Virus record (IMG/VR): IMGVR_UViG_3300032291_001492 | Location: 31,466-95,465 of that record | DNA length: 64,000 bases | Direction: 5' to 3' (one strand) | Source of the DNA: a virus | Shown here: positions 14,301 through 22,549 of the stretch, piece after piece | Numbering within the stretch: the stretch's first letter is position 1 | Layout of the letters: every line of letters starts with the position of its first letter | Notes under the pieces: model-generated | The model's input: the letters and a program-made list of their open reading frames with translations, nothing else | The model's database searches: none | What the model was told of the DNA's origin: nothing | Program-made: the position numbers and the translations under genes

Positions 14301-17300
14301 CTTCACAGGTAACTGAGTGGGCATCAGGTGATTTTTACGGTTCATTTTACGCAGGAACTTATTCAAATAGTGACCAAGTTTCATCTTCTTCAATAGCCTT
14401 GCAAAGCACTCAACCACCAATTGATACTATTTTGGCAAGTGCTCAGGGTGCAACATTTGAAATTTTAGATGCTACTAATGATCAAACATTAACATGGTCT
14501 TCACGTACAAGAGAAACAGTACAAACATACGGACCGGCTACTTTATATCCAAATGCTATAAGAATCAATCCATCAACAGGTGGCTCACCCGTTGCAGGAG
14601 AATTGGGTTCTACTGTAGGTTTCTATATAGGGATGCCAGTTAAATTCGTAGGTGCAACTGTAGGAAATTTAGTTAATGAAACTACTTACTATGTAAAATC
14701 TTTGGTAGATTTACCTAATCTAGTTACATCAAATCCGGAAGCTACTGGTTTTACTATATCAGCGACCGTAGATGAAGACGGTGTGCCAGGATCAACATTT
14801 GTTCTTTCAACTGCAACTGTTACGGCTGCTGGTTTACCGATGTTTGTAGGTGAAGTCACTAATACTGCTGTGCTAACTATTAATTATAGCGGCATTAGAA
14901 ACGCAACAGTTACTACATCAGGTACTAACACAATTACAGTATTGCTTACTGCTACTGGACAAAATGGCACTAATGGATTATATACAGGTATACCTGTATA
15001 CTTTACCGGAAATGTGTTTGGTGGAATTTCTGAGAACGAGATTTACTATGTAACTACTGTTACTGGTCCACAGACATTCACTATGTCTACTCAAACAAAT
15101 CCAACAACACTAACTATAACAGAAACAGATTCAGTTACTGATGCTATTACTTGTGACAGTACATTAACTCTTTCTCTTAATGAACCAATCGTGTTTACTG
15201 GAGATGTGTTTGGTAATATTGTTGAAGGTACACAATATTACATTAGAGAACTATTCTCAGGAAATATAACGTTCTCGATTTCTGAAACTATTAACGGACC
15301 TGTATTTGCACTTGCATCTGACACTGGTTCTTGCACAATGATAAGTCAAAAAGACACTGTAACATTACAAGATGATATTGGTTCTATGACAATGAATGTC
15401 AGCTTACCAGTAAGTCCAGGTCAAGTCAATGGACAACTATTTACATTATATCCTACTTCTCAGCAATATATCAATCAAACAGGTGTAGTTACTAACTTGA
15501 TAGAAAGAGACATTAATGCAACTCTTTCAACCGTAAACAGATTGTGCTTGTCAACTTTTACTGGCGGTATTTTAAATTTATATACTAACTTTGAGTTTGA
15601 TGTTGCAAGCAATATAGGCGGACTAACAACATCAGGTGGACCATACATTGTAACTGCTGTAGGAACAACAACTGTTAACGTGTCTAGCACTAGTGGGTCA
15701 GGCAATTGGTTAACTGTACCATTAGATACTAATCCATATACAACTGATGTGTTGTATTCTGGAATGCCAATAATATTCAGTGGGGTATCATTGGGAGGCG
15801 TATTATTAAATACAGTTTACTATGTAGATACTATTGACGCAAGCCCTCCAGTTGGCTCAGGAAGATTTACTATATCAGAAACTTCTGATTTGTCAAGTGG
15901 TATATTTGTAGTTACCAATGATAATGGTGACATGGTTGGTACAGGTGATCCATTCATTCAAGTAGCAGATACATTAAGTAATGCAACAGGTCCGGTGATG
16001 CTAACACAAACTGTTGGCACTACCCCAACATTCGATGTAAGTTATATTTTAGGCGGTTACCGAGTAACAATTCAAAATCCAGGTAGTGTATTTGCAATTG
16101 ACAACACTATAACTATTTTAGGAACTAATTTAGGTGGTACTACACCAGAAAATGATTTAGTGCTGACTGTTTCTTCAATTAATACTACTGGTGGAATAGT
16201 ATCTACTATATGTAACGGAACACCTGCAGGCACAACTGAACAATATTATTTTAAGGTTGTATCAGAAAATCAAGTAGAAGTTTACGAAAATGCAGCCTTA
16301 AGTGTTCCGGTAAGTGGACAAAATTTCCCTTATGTTGGAATCACTTCAACTACTGCTACGATAGCAACTGCTTCAAATGATAGATTTACAGTAACTAGTT
16401 CAGCCGACTTTAGTATAAATGATCCGGTTGTATTTACTGGAACAGTATTTGGTGGAGTTACATTAGGTCAAACATATTATATTAAATCTAAACCAACAGG
16501 CACTACTGTTACTATTACAGAAACTGTAGATGGTACCGTATTCAATATCACTACCAATGCTACAGGTTCAATGACAATGGCAAAATCAGGTGATTATGCA
16601 CTATTACCGGAGCCATTCTTCTTTAGTCCTAGTATCGTAAAATATAACAATCGTGTTTATCAATGTATCGTAAGTAACAATGATCCTGAATTTATTTTAG
16701 GTAAATGGGAACTATTAGATCCGGGTAATAGAAAACTTAACGGGTTAGATAGAGTTATTGCATATTACAGACCTACTGTAAATATGCCGGGTGTTGATTT
16801 AACTCAATTAGTTACCGGTATAACATATCCAAACAGTACATATTTGGGTAATGCATTTGCTCCGGATGACGAATTTACAGTAGATGTTAATTTAACAGAT
16901 CAACCATTTTACCCAACCGGAATTGATTTAAGCACTATTATTTGGAATGGTATAAGCTATCTTGCAGGATCGAATGCAGAAACATACTCATCTATTAATT
17001 TAAGTGAGACTGGTTCATCTTGGGTCATCAATAAAATTTCCAATCAACCAATTGGTATTACCGATTTGCTTTTTGCAGGAGGTAGTTATGTTCTAACTTC
17101 TAATAATCCAGCTACTCCTATACTAATAAGTGACAATGGATTTACTTGGATTAGTAACGGAACATTTACTCCGTTTGATTCAACACCTTATGATATAACA
17201 ACTTTTGATATATCTTCTGTAAATGTTCCTTCTCTGTTATTGAACGGAGTAGTTTACTATAACGGAATATACATTGCAGTGGGAAATAATATCATTTCAT

Positions 17301-20300
17301 CTACTGATTTGTATTCATGGGTTGAACGTTATGCATTCACAAGCACTACATTATCAAATGTATTAAACGATGTTGCTTATGTTAGCACTCCTGGATATAC
17401 TGGATTTGTCGCAGTTGGATTAGGACAACGTTTAATTAGTGGAACAGCAGTAAATGTTGCATTAATATTCACTAGTACGGACGGTTATAACTGGAATCAA
17501 GTATCGTTTACTGACACTGTATTCTCATTAAATGCGATTGCATCAAACAGCGGTAGCATTGTTGCAGTTGGTAATAATGGTATTATCTATGTTAGTTTCA
17601 ATACTGTTAACTGGTTTGCACAAACATCACCGGTATCAGAAAACTTAAACAATATTATTTGGGATAGTTATAATAATCAATTTGTTGCAGTAGGTGATAA
17701 CGGAACTATATTGACCGGTGATGCTAATGGCAACGCATGGACAGCACGAACATCTGGCACAACAGAAGATATACAAAGTGTTGTTTGGAATAATGATGAT
17801 GGCATTTATATTGCTGTTGGATTGAACAATACAATTTTACAAAGTGCTGATGCTATAACATGGATCTCAATTGCTACATTTGAAGTATTACCGTCAGTCT
17901 ATGATATTCAAGGTGATGCGTTTACTGCAGGTTATGGTCCGGAAGAAATGGTTCCTGGGGTAGTATCTGATACTATTACTATGACTGTTGCGACCCGTCC
18001 AGGAACTAACTGGGATGAAACTGTTTATCAACATGTTGGATATAATGTAGTATCTATTGAATTATCACCAATTAATGCATTACAAACAGAGTACAGTTTT
18101 GTAAATATAACCTCTACTCCTGCACAATTAAGTGTGTTTATCATTGACTATACAACAGAATTAAGCACAACAATTTATCAAGGTATTGATTATACAATAG
18201 ATTGGATCAACAAAGTTGTGACTTTGACAAATCCATTAAGTTTTGTTACAGAAGGTACATCAGATAGATTACGTATTGATGTATATGAAGTTGGTAATGG
18301 TGATCAGTTAGTAAAAGCAAATACAGAAACTGATCCTATTAGATTAAACACCACTACTGGATTTCAAGAAATATATGTAAATGCTAATTATAGTGCAGAC
18401 ATTTATCAAGGTTCAGGTATTATTAGACCTAATACTAATCCACTAGAAGCAATTGCGATTGCAACGGATGAAACAACAGATGCAATTACTTGTGAAAGTG
18501 TTGAGAATTTTGTATTGAACGGCACAATTACTTTTAGCGGAGCAGTGTTTGGTGGAATAGTAGAAGACCAAGTTTATTATGTAAAATCTATTAGTTATAT
18601 ATCAAACAGAATTACTATTTCTGAAATATTTAATACAGGTTCAGGCACTGCAGGAGCAACGTTCCCGTTGACTACTGCAACCGGGTTAATGACTGCAATT
18701 ATTCAAGTTGGTACCGGTACAGTATGGACACCTCCTAGCGTGTTCCACAATGGTACTAAACTAGTATTGGGTCATACTGCAAATATAACTAGAACTAAAT
18801 CAGGAACCAATACTATAACTACGAATACTACCGGTGACTTAGTTCCTAATCTATCTATTAAGTTTAGTTCAACTATGTTTGGTGGAGTAATCGTACCGTT
18901 ACAAACATATTACATTAAAACAATTTATGATGGAAATGAATTTACAATTTCAGAAACACCAGGTGGCGCAGAATTAGAATTGACCAACGCTACGGGTGGT
19001 GCAATTTTCATATCAGGTGATTATGCGATTGGTATTGCAGATAATGGCATTTCTGCTGCGGTGTTGTTGGCAAATGAATATGATGCATTAACAGACTATA
19101 TCACTTATACTTTCTTTGGACAAACATTACCTGTACAATATGGTTACACACTTCCGGAAGTGCAACTATTTGAAGGTGATGGATCAACTGCATCATTTAC
19201 ATTAACTAATTATGTGGGTGATAGTAATGTTACAAGTGCAATTGTCGAAATTGATGGTATAAGACAAACTATTTCTGCCTATAATATAAGTGCAATCTCT
19301 AACACTATATTGTTCAACACACCTCCGGCAAACGGATCAACTATAGCGGTTACTTCATATAATTTGACAGACCGTCAATATTTTAATACACAATACGGCA
19401 TTACAGGTTCTTCTGGTGCAACTACAACTACTATTGTAGTTAGTGACACAACCCATAGCGTGGGCACGTTTGACCAAGATACTCCAACTATTGAAACATT
19501 TGACCAAGATACTCCTAGTGTAGTTTTATATGACCAAGAATTAGATTGGCTAACACTGGGTTCAGGCTCAACAAGCAGTTTATCAATTAATTTCCCAATT
19601 GTATTCCAAGCACCAACTCTAGGTGGGTTAATTGCTGGACAAATCTATTATGTAGTAGAAATATTAAATTCAACTGATTTTGTTGTATCTACTCAAGTAG
19701 ACGGAACACCCACAACAGTTACTACTGATAGTGGTTCAATGAATGGTGTGGTTAATGGATTAACAGTTGCTAATATAATTAATATTAATAATGCTATTTC
19801 TAGTCCTTTGACAACTGTATTAGTTACTGGAACTACAGGTGGTGCATCAGATTATGTAGTGTGTGGTTCTACAACTGGACTAATCGTAGATCAACCAATT
19901 ATATTTAAAGCCGCAATAACTACTGCTGGCTCATTTGTTGTAGGTAAAACTTATAAAATTACTACACTAACAGGTACTTCACAAGTGCAGTGGAATACTA
20001 CTGCTGGAACTTCAGGAGTAACATATGTAGTGGGTGATATATTCACAGCCGCAACAGTTGGTGCTGGTACTGGTCAGGCGTTATTAACTGATTTGGGTGG
20101 AATTAATACATTGGGTGAAGTATATTTTGTTCGTTCTGTTGCAAGTGGAACTGAATTTACAATTAAAGATCAGTATGGAACATTAGTTAATCTAACTACT
20201 GCTAGCGGTAGTTTAGTAGGATTTATGGGTGGTCTATCTGCAATTAGTGTAACAACTGGCATAGATCATAATCTATCGGAAAATGAAATAGTTCGTATTG

Positions 20301-21730
20301 ATGGCACATTAGGTTCAGTACAACTTAATAACAATACATACTATACTAAAATAATAACTGACACTGAATTCTTGTTATACGATCAGCCATATAATCCAGC
20401 ATTGAATGCAGTTAATTACCCAGTTACATTCTCATCAACTTATATATCAGGCGGTTACGTTTGGTTAGATGGATTATTTACTGTATCATGTACTAATACA
20501 ATTCGTACATCTTCAAATGGAAATAGAATTACAGTAGATAGCACTGAGTCATTAATTCCTAATACTCCTGTATACTTTACATCAATAGGTGAAAGTCAAG
20601 GTACTAACATATTAGGAAATATCTTAGCAAAGACTGAATATTATGTTTTAGCGGTAAGACCTGAAGTAACTGCTGGTAATTTTATTGTAGGCAATGAATA
20701 TGAGATTGTAGATTTAGGAAATACTAATTGGAATACTTGTGCCGGAACAGTTAGCGTAACTTATGCAATCGGAGATACTTTTGTTGCAGCCGCAACTGAT
20801 CCAGGAACTACTGGTATTGCAACTGGTCTACAAGAGTTTACTATTACTGAAAACAGATTCCCTGATGAAGCTGAAGTTGTATTAACTAATGCTACTGGTA
20901 GTGTTGATGTATCACAATTCCAGCAAGTTAATGTTGATAGATTGTGGGTAACAATAAATGGATACAGAATCCCTTCTTCATTATTGAGAATTAATGAATA
21001 TAATAATTTAAGTATTTTATCAACTGTTACTACCGGTGATGAAGTTATCATTACAAGTATGATGCCAACAGCAACACCTAATGAAAATGTATATTTGTTA
21101 AATGTAACTACAACAAATCAACCTACAGTTTATAGAGCAAACACTCAAACTAGAACTTGGTTAACTCAACCATTGAGTTTCACGGATGAAGTTATTTACT
21201 TAAATGATGCTACTAGGGTTACTGATTCTATAGTACAAGAAGTAATTGCGCCCGCACCAGTTGACGGTAAATATAATATTGGATTAGAAGCTAATAAAAA
21301 TGTAATATGTCACGTGACCGTGTACAACAATACAACTTCAACTTTAGTAGATCCTGCTAATTTTGCAATTATTATCGTTAATTTGGCTCCAATATTACAA
21401 ATTTCAGATGAAGTAAACACTGGAGATTCGTTGACAATAACTACACTTGAGGGAAGATTGTTGTTTGTTAATGGAGAACAGATTGCGTTTGCTGAATGTG
21501 ACATTATAAATAATACAGTCAGTGGATTAACTAGAGGGGCAAATGGTACAGGGGAACAAACTTTTATTCCGTTATATTCTGAAGTATTTGGTATTATTCC
21601 TAATAACAGAATGACTAATGTAACCTACGGGGCTGTGTGGAATTCTTACATTTATAATTCCGTAGACGGGGATCCATTGCAAATTAGTCAGACTATAGGT
21701 GCAAATTTCTTAAAAGTGGATAGAAGTTAA
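2339..21730 (+). CDS. Giant 6463-aa modular virion structural protein (baseplate/tail-associated)
   Basis: Follows the gp6-like gene and is Thr/Ser/Gly/Asn rich. Has FG-GAP-like repeats ('FGFSIATDYYGDTVVIGAP', 'GAVY', ~9640-11560), ~13 'F.G..FGG.....YYV' repeat modules and beta-propeller-like repeats ('FVAVGDNGTIL', ~16930-17880). Confidence 0.7.
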   Translation: MATRIRTLNFLPEIFKTQTNAQFLAATLDQLVAQPNTKKIQGYVGSRFGYGVNATDYYVTEPTKVRTDYQLDPGVVFLKENDTTANDFISYPGIVDGIKLEGGLTQDNNRLFNSQFYSWDSFTNLDKIINFNEYYWLPDGPDRVIISTDVVFNSSNYLVQSLSNEYLISSESQSATSNPTLTLLRGGSYTFSVNQNTQFWIQGEPGVTGYSPTQPNVQTRDVFGVTNNGAENGVITFEVPAQNALNEYNFPPGPAVGVVSSLPFSQINGARVTEIGGIDGVTALDGLTVMFYNTGIADEIGYIQKFYDQTLFDEDGGVPYNEATDYPGTSEFYNNYEGGFYSPVNSNFYTITLLGDQSNPIIQLTPAGIIPTNQTITPTFGSEWVNRNFYRSVDGAIALVPYNSAILDTLYYQDGTNPNKVGIIRLANSNVSNSLDVVTEILGKPQYTAPNGVVFTNGLKILFQGNVTPEIYNNTEFYVEGVGTAIELIPVADLVSPGAFAEGSYIPFDTTPYDVGNFDSSLYLLIDPDYITIARNAINRNAWSRSNRWFHIDVINATADYNNNPELASVATIYNKASRPIIEFYPNLSLFDSGVIGKQPIDFIDFRTTDAFTLVAGQPTYYPDVAGYTGYSATIAPVLAAVTSKTATQTVGLVNQVILSPDTAGIYVNDTIVFGLVTAGGFVPGTTYKIVTPGNTDFTAIGASSNAVGTVFVATGAGSGTGTAGDVDSEFGGLIAGVTYYITEIFGNRITISTEKQGTSVILSSVAGSMSTSIYPYSTTITVATDEVFGLFEVNQYIADSTGILPAVTFINAITEVGSNTILTVSWYNQEVITGTSVASIVSADTTLSNYALFDGARVVFAADTNLSVRNKIYISRFSSIDGTGTPVITLSEAFDGQVLPDEQTSVYRGYNYKGKDFYFNVENWQQAQQKITINQAPKFDIYDENGISFGDSTVYIGTSFTGCSLFQYGLGTGISDPVLGFPLRYSTVNNIGDVSFDVTLDSQTFNYVQGTNPITQKVNTGYVYNYTSRTSFVRQLGWQTAVSPSVQYQIFEFNWSIDNPITNFVCDIAPVSSSSTNWPTVQVYINNTYLPDTDFTVSTTDNTTTVTISQIDAVNTVVQVLILSDQVSSTAYYQIPINLSNNPFNEDVTTVNIGDIRGQYQSMFFNNPNTLGPVFGRNNFRDLGNLVPWGNRIIQNSASLVLPGTFLRKQNHNLFNSILYNSRQYITFKNLLIDTVNNTDYNRMLSPAEMLDDAMDQITSTKTDSQPFFWSDMLPSKAPYISNTYSFANTLDVSIYPLSRIYDFDKANYYGVLVYLIRDSITSQLISGVDYTVSTSAPSLTVTLDLLSNDQIVINEYNQTYGSYVPNTPTKLGLYPSTIPAVVVDTAYFEPTYFIVGHDGSYNKLFGSYDSTTGQLEDFRDQVLLEYETRIYNNLKLSNVIPIQTYEVIPGFFRDLQYSYDEFLEVYSESFLDWVGQNRVDYKRQFYNPVNEFSYNYRNSGNKINREAIQQGYFRGLYLYYYDTTTPNVTPWQMIGYADQPTWWTERYGPAPYTSDNLILWNDLAEGIDWNNGNPVVITEYIRPELLQVLPVDSNGDLVSPLTSIVGNYNNNIFKRDWKVGDVGPTEFSYRRSSTWPFDLMRLYALAKPANFFNLAVDVDNYKYSAEFDQYLVNNRSHLQLGDIPIYGLGTPATSYINWIVDFEKQVGIDATTDITTLLKNLDVRLVYRVAGFSDKNLLKFYVEKSSANTTNSSLLIPDESYSVLLYDNQPFDRIVYSGVVIQITENGYQVYGNSQTNAYFKILLPKNSGYSETIEVENLSVRIADQYTDKVGIIPYGTEFYSVQEVAQFLSSYGKYLENQGMKFDQIENGIPVNWAQMIAEFLYWSQIGWEIGSITTINPSASTLVIDKDSSVVQPLTVRQRNFVLNQNLFPIQSIDLNVVRQDTAFTAQPLNQGDAISYGQFNISNFEHGIVFDNVTLFNDIIYNLITGLRQYRVSVRGAITADWNGTVDAAGFILNQDNIQEWNREIKYTKGEIVLYKNRYWTSLTIVQPKVLFDERDWKETNYNEIQKGLLPNSQTRSFESTLYYNTDSANLENDADLLSFSLIGYRPRDYLALADLTDITQVNVYKNMIKEKGTLNAASAFKGANLPQGGINYDIYENWAIKSGEFGGVLNNNFIEFNLNQASLTGNPSIVGLTNGIFTDGVQQEVPLYSIFNYGRPITSPNILPTISASEPSSLFPTAGYVNYNDVKMSSYYYSGLATATNASGTIVPINEFYVRDYVWLANYLSDWRVYTPVSLGSIINAKNNLNGTVTITFSQAHNLTRFELFGITNFDVAINNYYLVAAVVDPVRVIINLSLSPSTLNIVGQGIGLRMQSQRVATAPEIVDLPLLNNEFTKSKVWVDENNDGSWAVYRKSLNYQYDAEIIRASSQTFGSAVAYTTPMGYLIGDADVGAVYRYTFNAEANTYTLDQAITNSTSFGSYISYADDLFVISEPTSGSPKVYVYQLITTTLVDNLNSYQTISAPGGVTDWGSTTAISGDQNWLYISDTGNARVYVYRKSTLTNLYESVGYISVAGLTSADNFGFSIATDYYGDTVVIGAPDQDYNVNTDNYGYVYVFARTVQNFIAPSTSQSYIPQTFALSWSPVTVTQTATATDSTNDRITITSSAGFSVNDPVVFSGDILSSGAISQNTVYYVYDKPTATTFRIASTRNAAAPIELTTASGPPNMTVTVQTTPLFVNINGTLLEDDSYAVIGSTLYVYSGLTPTLNAGDILSVSGSNFVLTQTLDNGQTPRVGVQFGQSVDTNTYANEILVGAPFELSADNYEGAVHRFTNGGEKYGFIIGTANCNITTPRTILINGYQVILPIGNATNASNFINAANIPNVSATSIDGKLVIQLVDIAIGFAGSKLSLTVLNSATPAEMGINIYTATQTIACPHLTGPTQFGSVIKFNEFGSFIASAPTGTRYSATTFDFTDDELDNDTVFDNNATQWIDTFTNAGAVYMFDYISAYNESLNNPGKFVYAQSTNAENIDYGSQPYYGQALDFNDNRVTVGTPNFRPGYDNGQVVAYTSTSTEQDWAVYRSSAPIVDINGIANIQLFSGSSNTTLDNLDYFDPLQGKLLGAIRENIDVISNSDPAAYNSPNSIQRGLVWGADKVGQLWFDTSNTRFVNYHQNDIVYNSAYWGRIFSGSDVAVYSWVVSNVSPLDYIGPGIPYDIDTYTVNGVINAEGTIVPLYYFWVRNTNIVFEKTGKTLADSTLEAYISQPQNTGISYFAPLQPNIFALYNSGDYLNGNDTVLHIGYATGTNDDPIHNQYELIRADYADDFLSGVPGSGAGYQTRSSTGITEPISLYNRMLDSMCGVDNAGAVVPNPFLPRAVQTGVLARPRQSFFYDRYDALKNYLQYANEVLAQFPITEIRNPSFLNTTGATNPSTVDNPDWTGSVLPFYDTTNYWSYINWWAPGYDNNTKSALQVPIYADLSTLTVTPGTIVTVATNGNGNSETYIYNVDGSWTRIGLTNGTIEFSSALWDYSTYRLGFGDNFFDTTPYDNYPSEETRYIIRSLNEEIYNNELLIFRNKSLILLFEYIQSETSENQNYLPWLNKTSFLDVSHTIRELRPIEVFQSDNELFLEGYMNEVKPYHVVIKEFLFKYTGTDVYEGDITDFDLPAQYNSSVQQFITPELVYSNPNGDNQYLPNDPIWQTAPYIQWFNNHGVSIVGENDYPISVLTSYIATNSNSCYVDNVTGFPVTGTILIGTELIGYSSVNLLTNQLLGLARGLQNTVIQQHIPGETIFIDLPAVLVLNAGRLYDNPPKITAITDTTIYPEPTVPAQFEAVMGLGTVIGINVINPGQGYAVLPKIEIDPAVVVEVNSTQVNISNNTIELTIPTLQTGDLIVYQPGTNSTVIGGLTSGQKYYVNLLEVSPAPIIALYASYIDADRDHNRVVLTSTGSGVQKLNLGAVASCITSSVPVRENSINLRFDRTSYTSQVTEWASGDFYGSFYAGTYSNSDQVSSSSIALQSTQPPIDTILASAQGATFEILDATNDQTLTWSSRTRETVQTYGPATLYPNAIRINPSTGGSPVAGELGSTVGFYIGMPVKFVGATVGNLVNETTYYVKSLVDLPNLVTSNPEATGFTISATVDEDGVPGSTFVLSTATVTAAGLPMFVGEVTNTAVLTINYSGIRNATVTTSGTNTITVLLTATGQNGTNGLYTGIPVYFTGNVFGGISENEIYYVTTVTGPQTFTMSTQTNPTTLTITETDSVTDAITCDSTLTLSLNEPIVFTGDVFGNIVEGTQYYIRELFSGNITFSISETINGPVFALASDTGSCTMISQKDTVTLQDDIGSMTMNVSLPVSPGQVNGQLFTLYPTSQQYINQTGVVTNLIERDINATLSTVNRLCLSTFTGGILNLYTNFEFDVASNIGGLTTSGGPYIVTAVGTTTVNVSSTSGSGNWLTVPLDTNPYTTDVLYSGMPIIFSGVSLGGVLLNTVYYVDTIDASPPVGSGRFTISETSDLSSGIFVVTNDNGDMVGTGDPFIQVADTLSNATGPVMLTQTVGTTPTFDVSYILGGYRVTIQNPGSVFAIDNTITILGTNLGGTTPENDLVLTVSSINTTGGIVSTICNGTPAGTTEQYYFKVVSENQVEVYENAALSVPVSGQNFPYVGITSTTATIATASNDRFTVTSSADFSINDPVVFTGTVFGGVTLGQTYYIKSKPTGTTVTITETVDGTVFNITTNATGSMTMAKSGDYALLPEPFFFSPSIVKYNNRVYQCIVSNNDPEFILGKWELLDPGNRKLNGLDRVIAYYRPTVNMPGVDLTQLVTGITYPNSTYLGNAFAPDDEFTVDVNLTDQPFYPTGIDLSTIIWNGISYLAGSNAETYSSINLSETGSSWVINKISNQPIGITDLLFAGGSYVLTSNNPATPILISDNGFTWISNGTFTPFDSTPYDITTFDISSVNVPSLLLNGVVYYNGIYIAVGNNIISSTDLYSWVERYAFTSTTLSNVLNDVAYVSTPGYTGFVAVGLGQRLISGTAVNVALIFTSTDGYNWNQVSFTDTVFSLNAIASNSGSIVAVGNNGIIYVSFNTVNWFAQTSPVSENLNNIIWDSYNNQFVAVGDNGTILTGDANGNAWTARTSGTTEDIQSVVWNNDDGIYIAVGLNNTILQSADAITWISIATFEVLPSVYDIQGDAFTAGYGPEEMVPGVVSDTITMTVATRPGTNWDETVYQHVGYNVVSIELSPINALQTEYSFVNITSTPAQLSVFIIDYTTELSTTIYQGIDYTIDWINKVVTLTNPLSFVTEGTSDRLRIDVYEVGNGDQLVKANTETDPIRLNTTTGFQEIYVNANYSADIYQGSGIIRPNTNPLEAIAIATDETTDAITCESVENFVLNGTITFSGAVFGGIVEDQVYYVKSISYISNRITISEIFNTGSGTAGATFPLTTATGLMTAIIQVGTGTVWTPPSVFHNGTKLVLGHTANITRTKSGTNTITTNTTGDLVPNLSIKFSSTMFGGVIVPLQTYYIKTIYDGNEFTISETPGGAELELTNATGGAIFISGDYAIGIADNGISAAVLLANEYDALTDYITYTFFGQTLPVQYGYTLPEVQLFEGDGSTASFTLTNYVGDSNVTSAIVEIDGIRQTISAYNISAISNTILFNTPPANGSTIAVTSYNLTDRQYFNTQYGITGSSGATTTTIVVSDTTHSVGTFDQDTPTIETFDQDTPSVVLYDQELDWLTLGSGSTSSLSINFPIVFQAPTLGGLIAGQIYYVVEILNSTDFVVSTQVDGTPTTVTTDSGSMNGVVNGLTVANIININNAISSPLTTVLVTGTTGGASDYVVCGSTTGLIVDQPIIFKAAITTAGSFVVGKTYKITTLTGTSQVQWNTTAGTSGVTYVVGDIFTAATVGAGTGQALLTDLGGINTLGEVYFVRSVASGTEFTIKDQYGTLVNLTTASGSLVGFMGGLSAISVTTGIDHNLSENEIVRIDGTLGSVQLNNNTYYTKIITDTEFLLYDQPYNPALNAVNYPVTFSSTYISGGYVWLDGLFTVSCTNTIRTSSNGNRITVDSTESLIPNTPVYFTSIGESQGTNILGNILAKTEYYVLAVRPEVTAGNFIVGNEYEIVDLGNTNWNTCAGTVSVTYAIGDTFVAAATDPGTTGIATGLQEFTITENRFPDEAEVVLTNATGSVDVSQFQQVNVDRLWVTINGYRIPSSLLRINEYNNLSILSTVTTGDEVIITSMMPTATPNENVYLLNVTTTNQPTVYRANTQTRTWLTQPLSFTDEVIYLNDATRVTDSIVQEVIAPAPVDGKYNIGLEANKNVICHVTVYNNTTSTLVDPANFAIIIVNLAPILQISDEVNTGDSLTITTLEGRLLFVNGEQIAFAECDIINNTVSGLTRGANGTGEQTFIPLYSEVFGIIPNNRMTNVTYGAVWNSYIYNSVDGDPLQISQTIGANFLKVDRS

Positions 21731-21745
21731 AAGATAAATAAATAT

Positions 21746-21898
21746 ATGAACGAAAACTTGGAAAATTCAAAGCAAGAGCAACCCGAAAAATCTGGGCCAA
21801 AACCCAATGAACACGGTGGGTTTTATTTTTCTTCTAGTGTTAAAATAACAGATCCTAATAGCAAAGAAATATTAGTCCACATGCGAGGCGATAACTAA
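21746..21898 (+). CDS. Small 50-aa protein, not in ORF track (MNENLENSKQEQPEKSGPKPNEHGGFYFSSSVKITDPNSKEILVHMRGDN)
   Basis: Fills the gap between two genes. TAAATA lies 5 nt upstream and the stop overlaps the next ATG (TAATG). Its C-terminal half resembles the N-terminus of the next protein. Confidence 0.65.
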   Translation: MNENLENSKQEQPEKSGPKPNEHGGFYFSSSVKITDPNSKEILVHMRGDN

Positions 21899-22518
21899 TG
21901 TCAGTAATTACACTATCATATAAAATAGAAGGATTTTTAAAAATCTACGACCCTAATAACGGGGAAATATTTGTAGATAAGAAAAATGCCATCAACTATG
22001 AAAATATGTCAGAAGCAATCGCTGACACTCTAAGTAGTCGTGGATACGGTGAAATATACGAGATGGCATTTGGAAACGGCGGGGCAAGCGTTTCCGATAC
22101 AGGTGTCATCACATATTTGCCACCTAATACCACAGGACAAAATGCAGCCTTGTACAACCAAACTTACGCTAAAATAGTTGATGATACTAGCGTTTTTAAC
22201 TTAGACCCAACTAGAAACAAAATGACAGTTTCGCATACTACGGGCAAAGTTTACACAGATATTTTGGTTCAGTGTTTATTAGATTACGGCGAGCCTGCAG
22301 GGCAGGCAGCTTTTGACAATAGTACGTCAACAGATTCAGCATATATTTTTGATGAATTGGGTTTACTTGCAAATTACGGTACAGATAATGATGGAAACGT
22401 CATTACTAGATTATTAACTCATGTGATTTTTCACCCCGTACAAAAGAGTTTAAATAGACAGATTCAAATAGACTACACAGTTAGAATTCAAAGTCTGACT
22501 AATTTAGTGACAATATAA
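21898..22518 (+). CDS. Putative baseplate/tail structural protein
   Basis: Structural context. Beta-rich C-terminus 'FDELGL...LLTHVIFHPVQKSLNRQIQIDYTVRI' is typical of tail/baseplate accessory proteins. Confidence 0.55.
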   Translation: MSVITLSYKIEGFLKIYDPNNGEIFVDKKNAINYENMSEAIADTLSSRGYGEIYEMAFGNGGASVSDTGVITYLPPNTTGQNAALYNQTYAKIVDDTSVFNLDPTRNKMTVSHTTGKVYTDILVQCLLDYGEPAGQAAFDNSTSTDSAYIFDELGLLANYGTDNDGNVITRLLTHVIFHPVQKSLNRQIQIDYTVRIQSLTNLVTI

Positions 22519-22549
22519 GATAAATAACAGATATCGGAGAAATTTTAAA

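Noticed and set aside
19469-19539. Direct repeat TTTGACCAAGATACTCC with 30-nt period, as a possible CRISPR array
   Set aside because: Only two full copies plus a partial one, 13-nt spacers, in frame within the giant gene (FDQDTP), and no cas genes.
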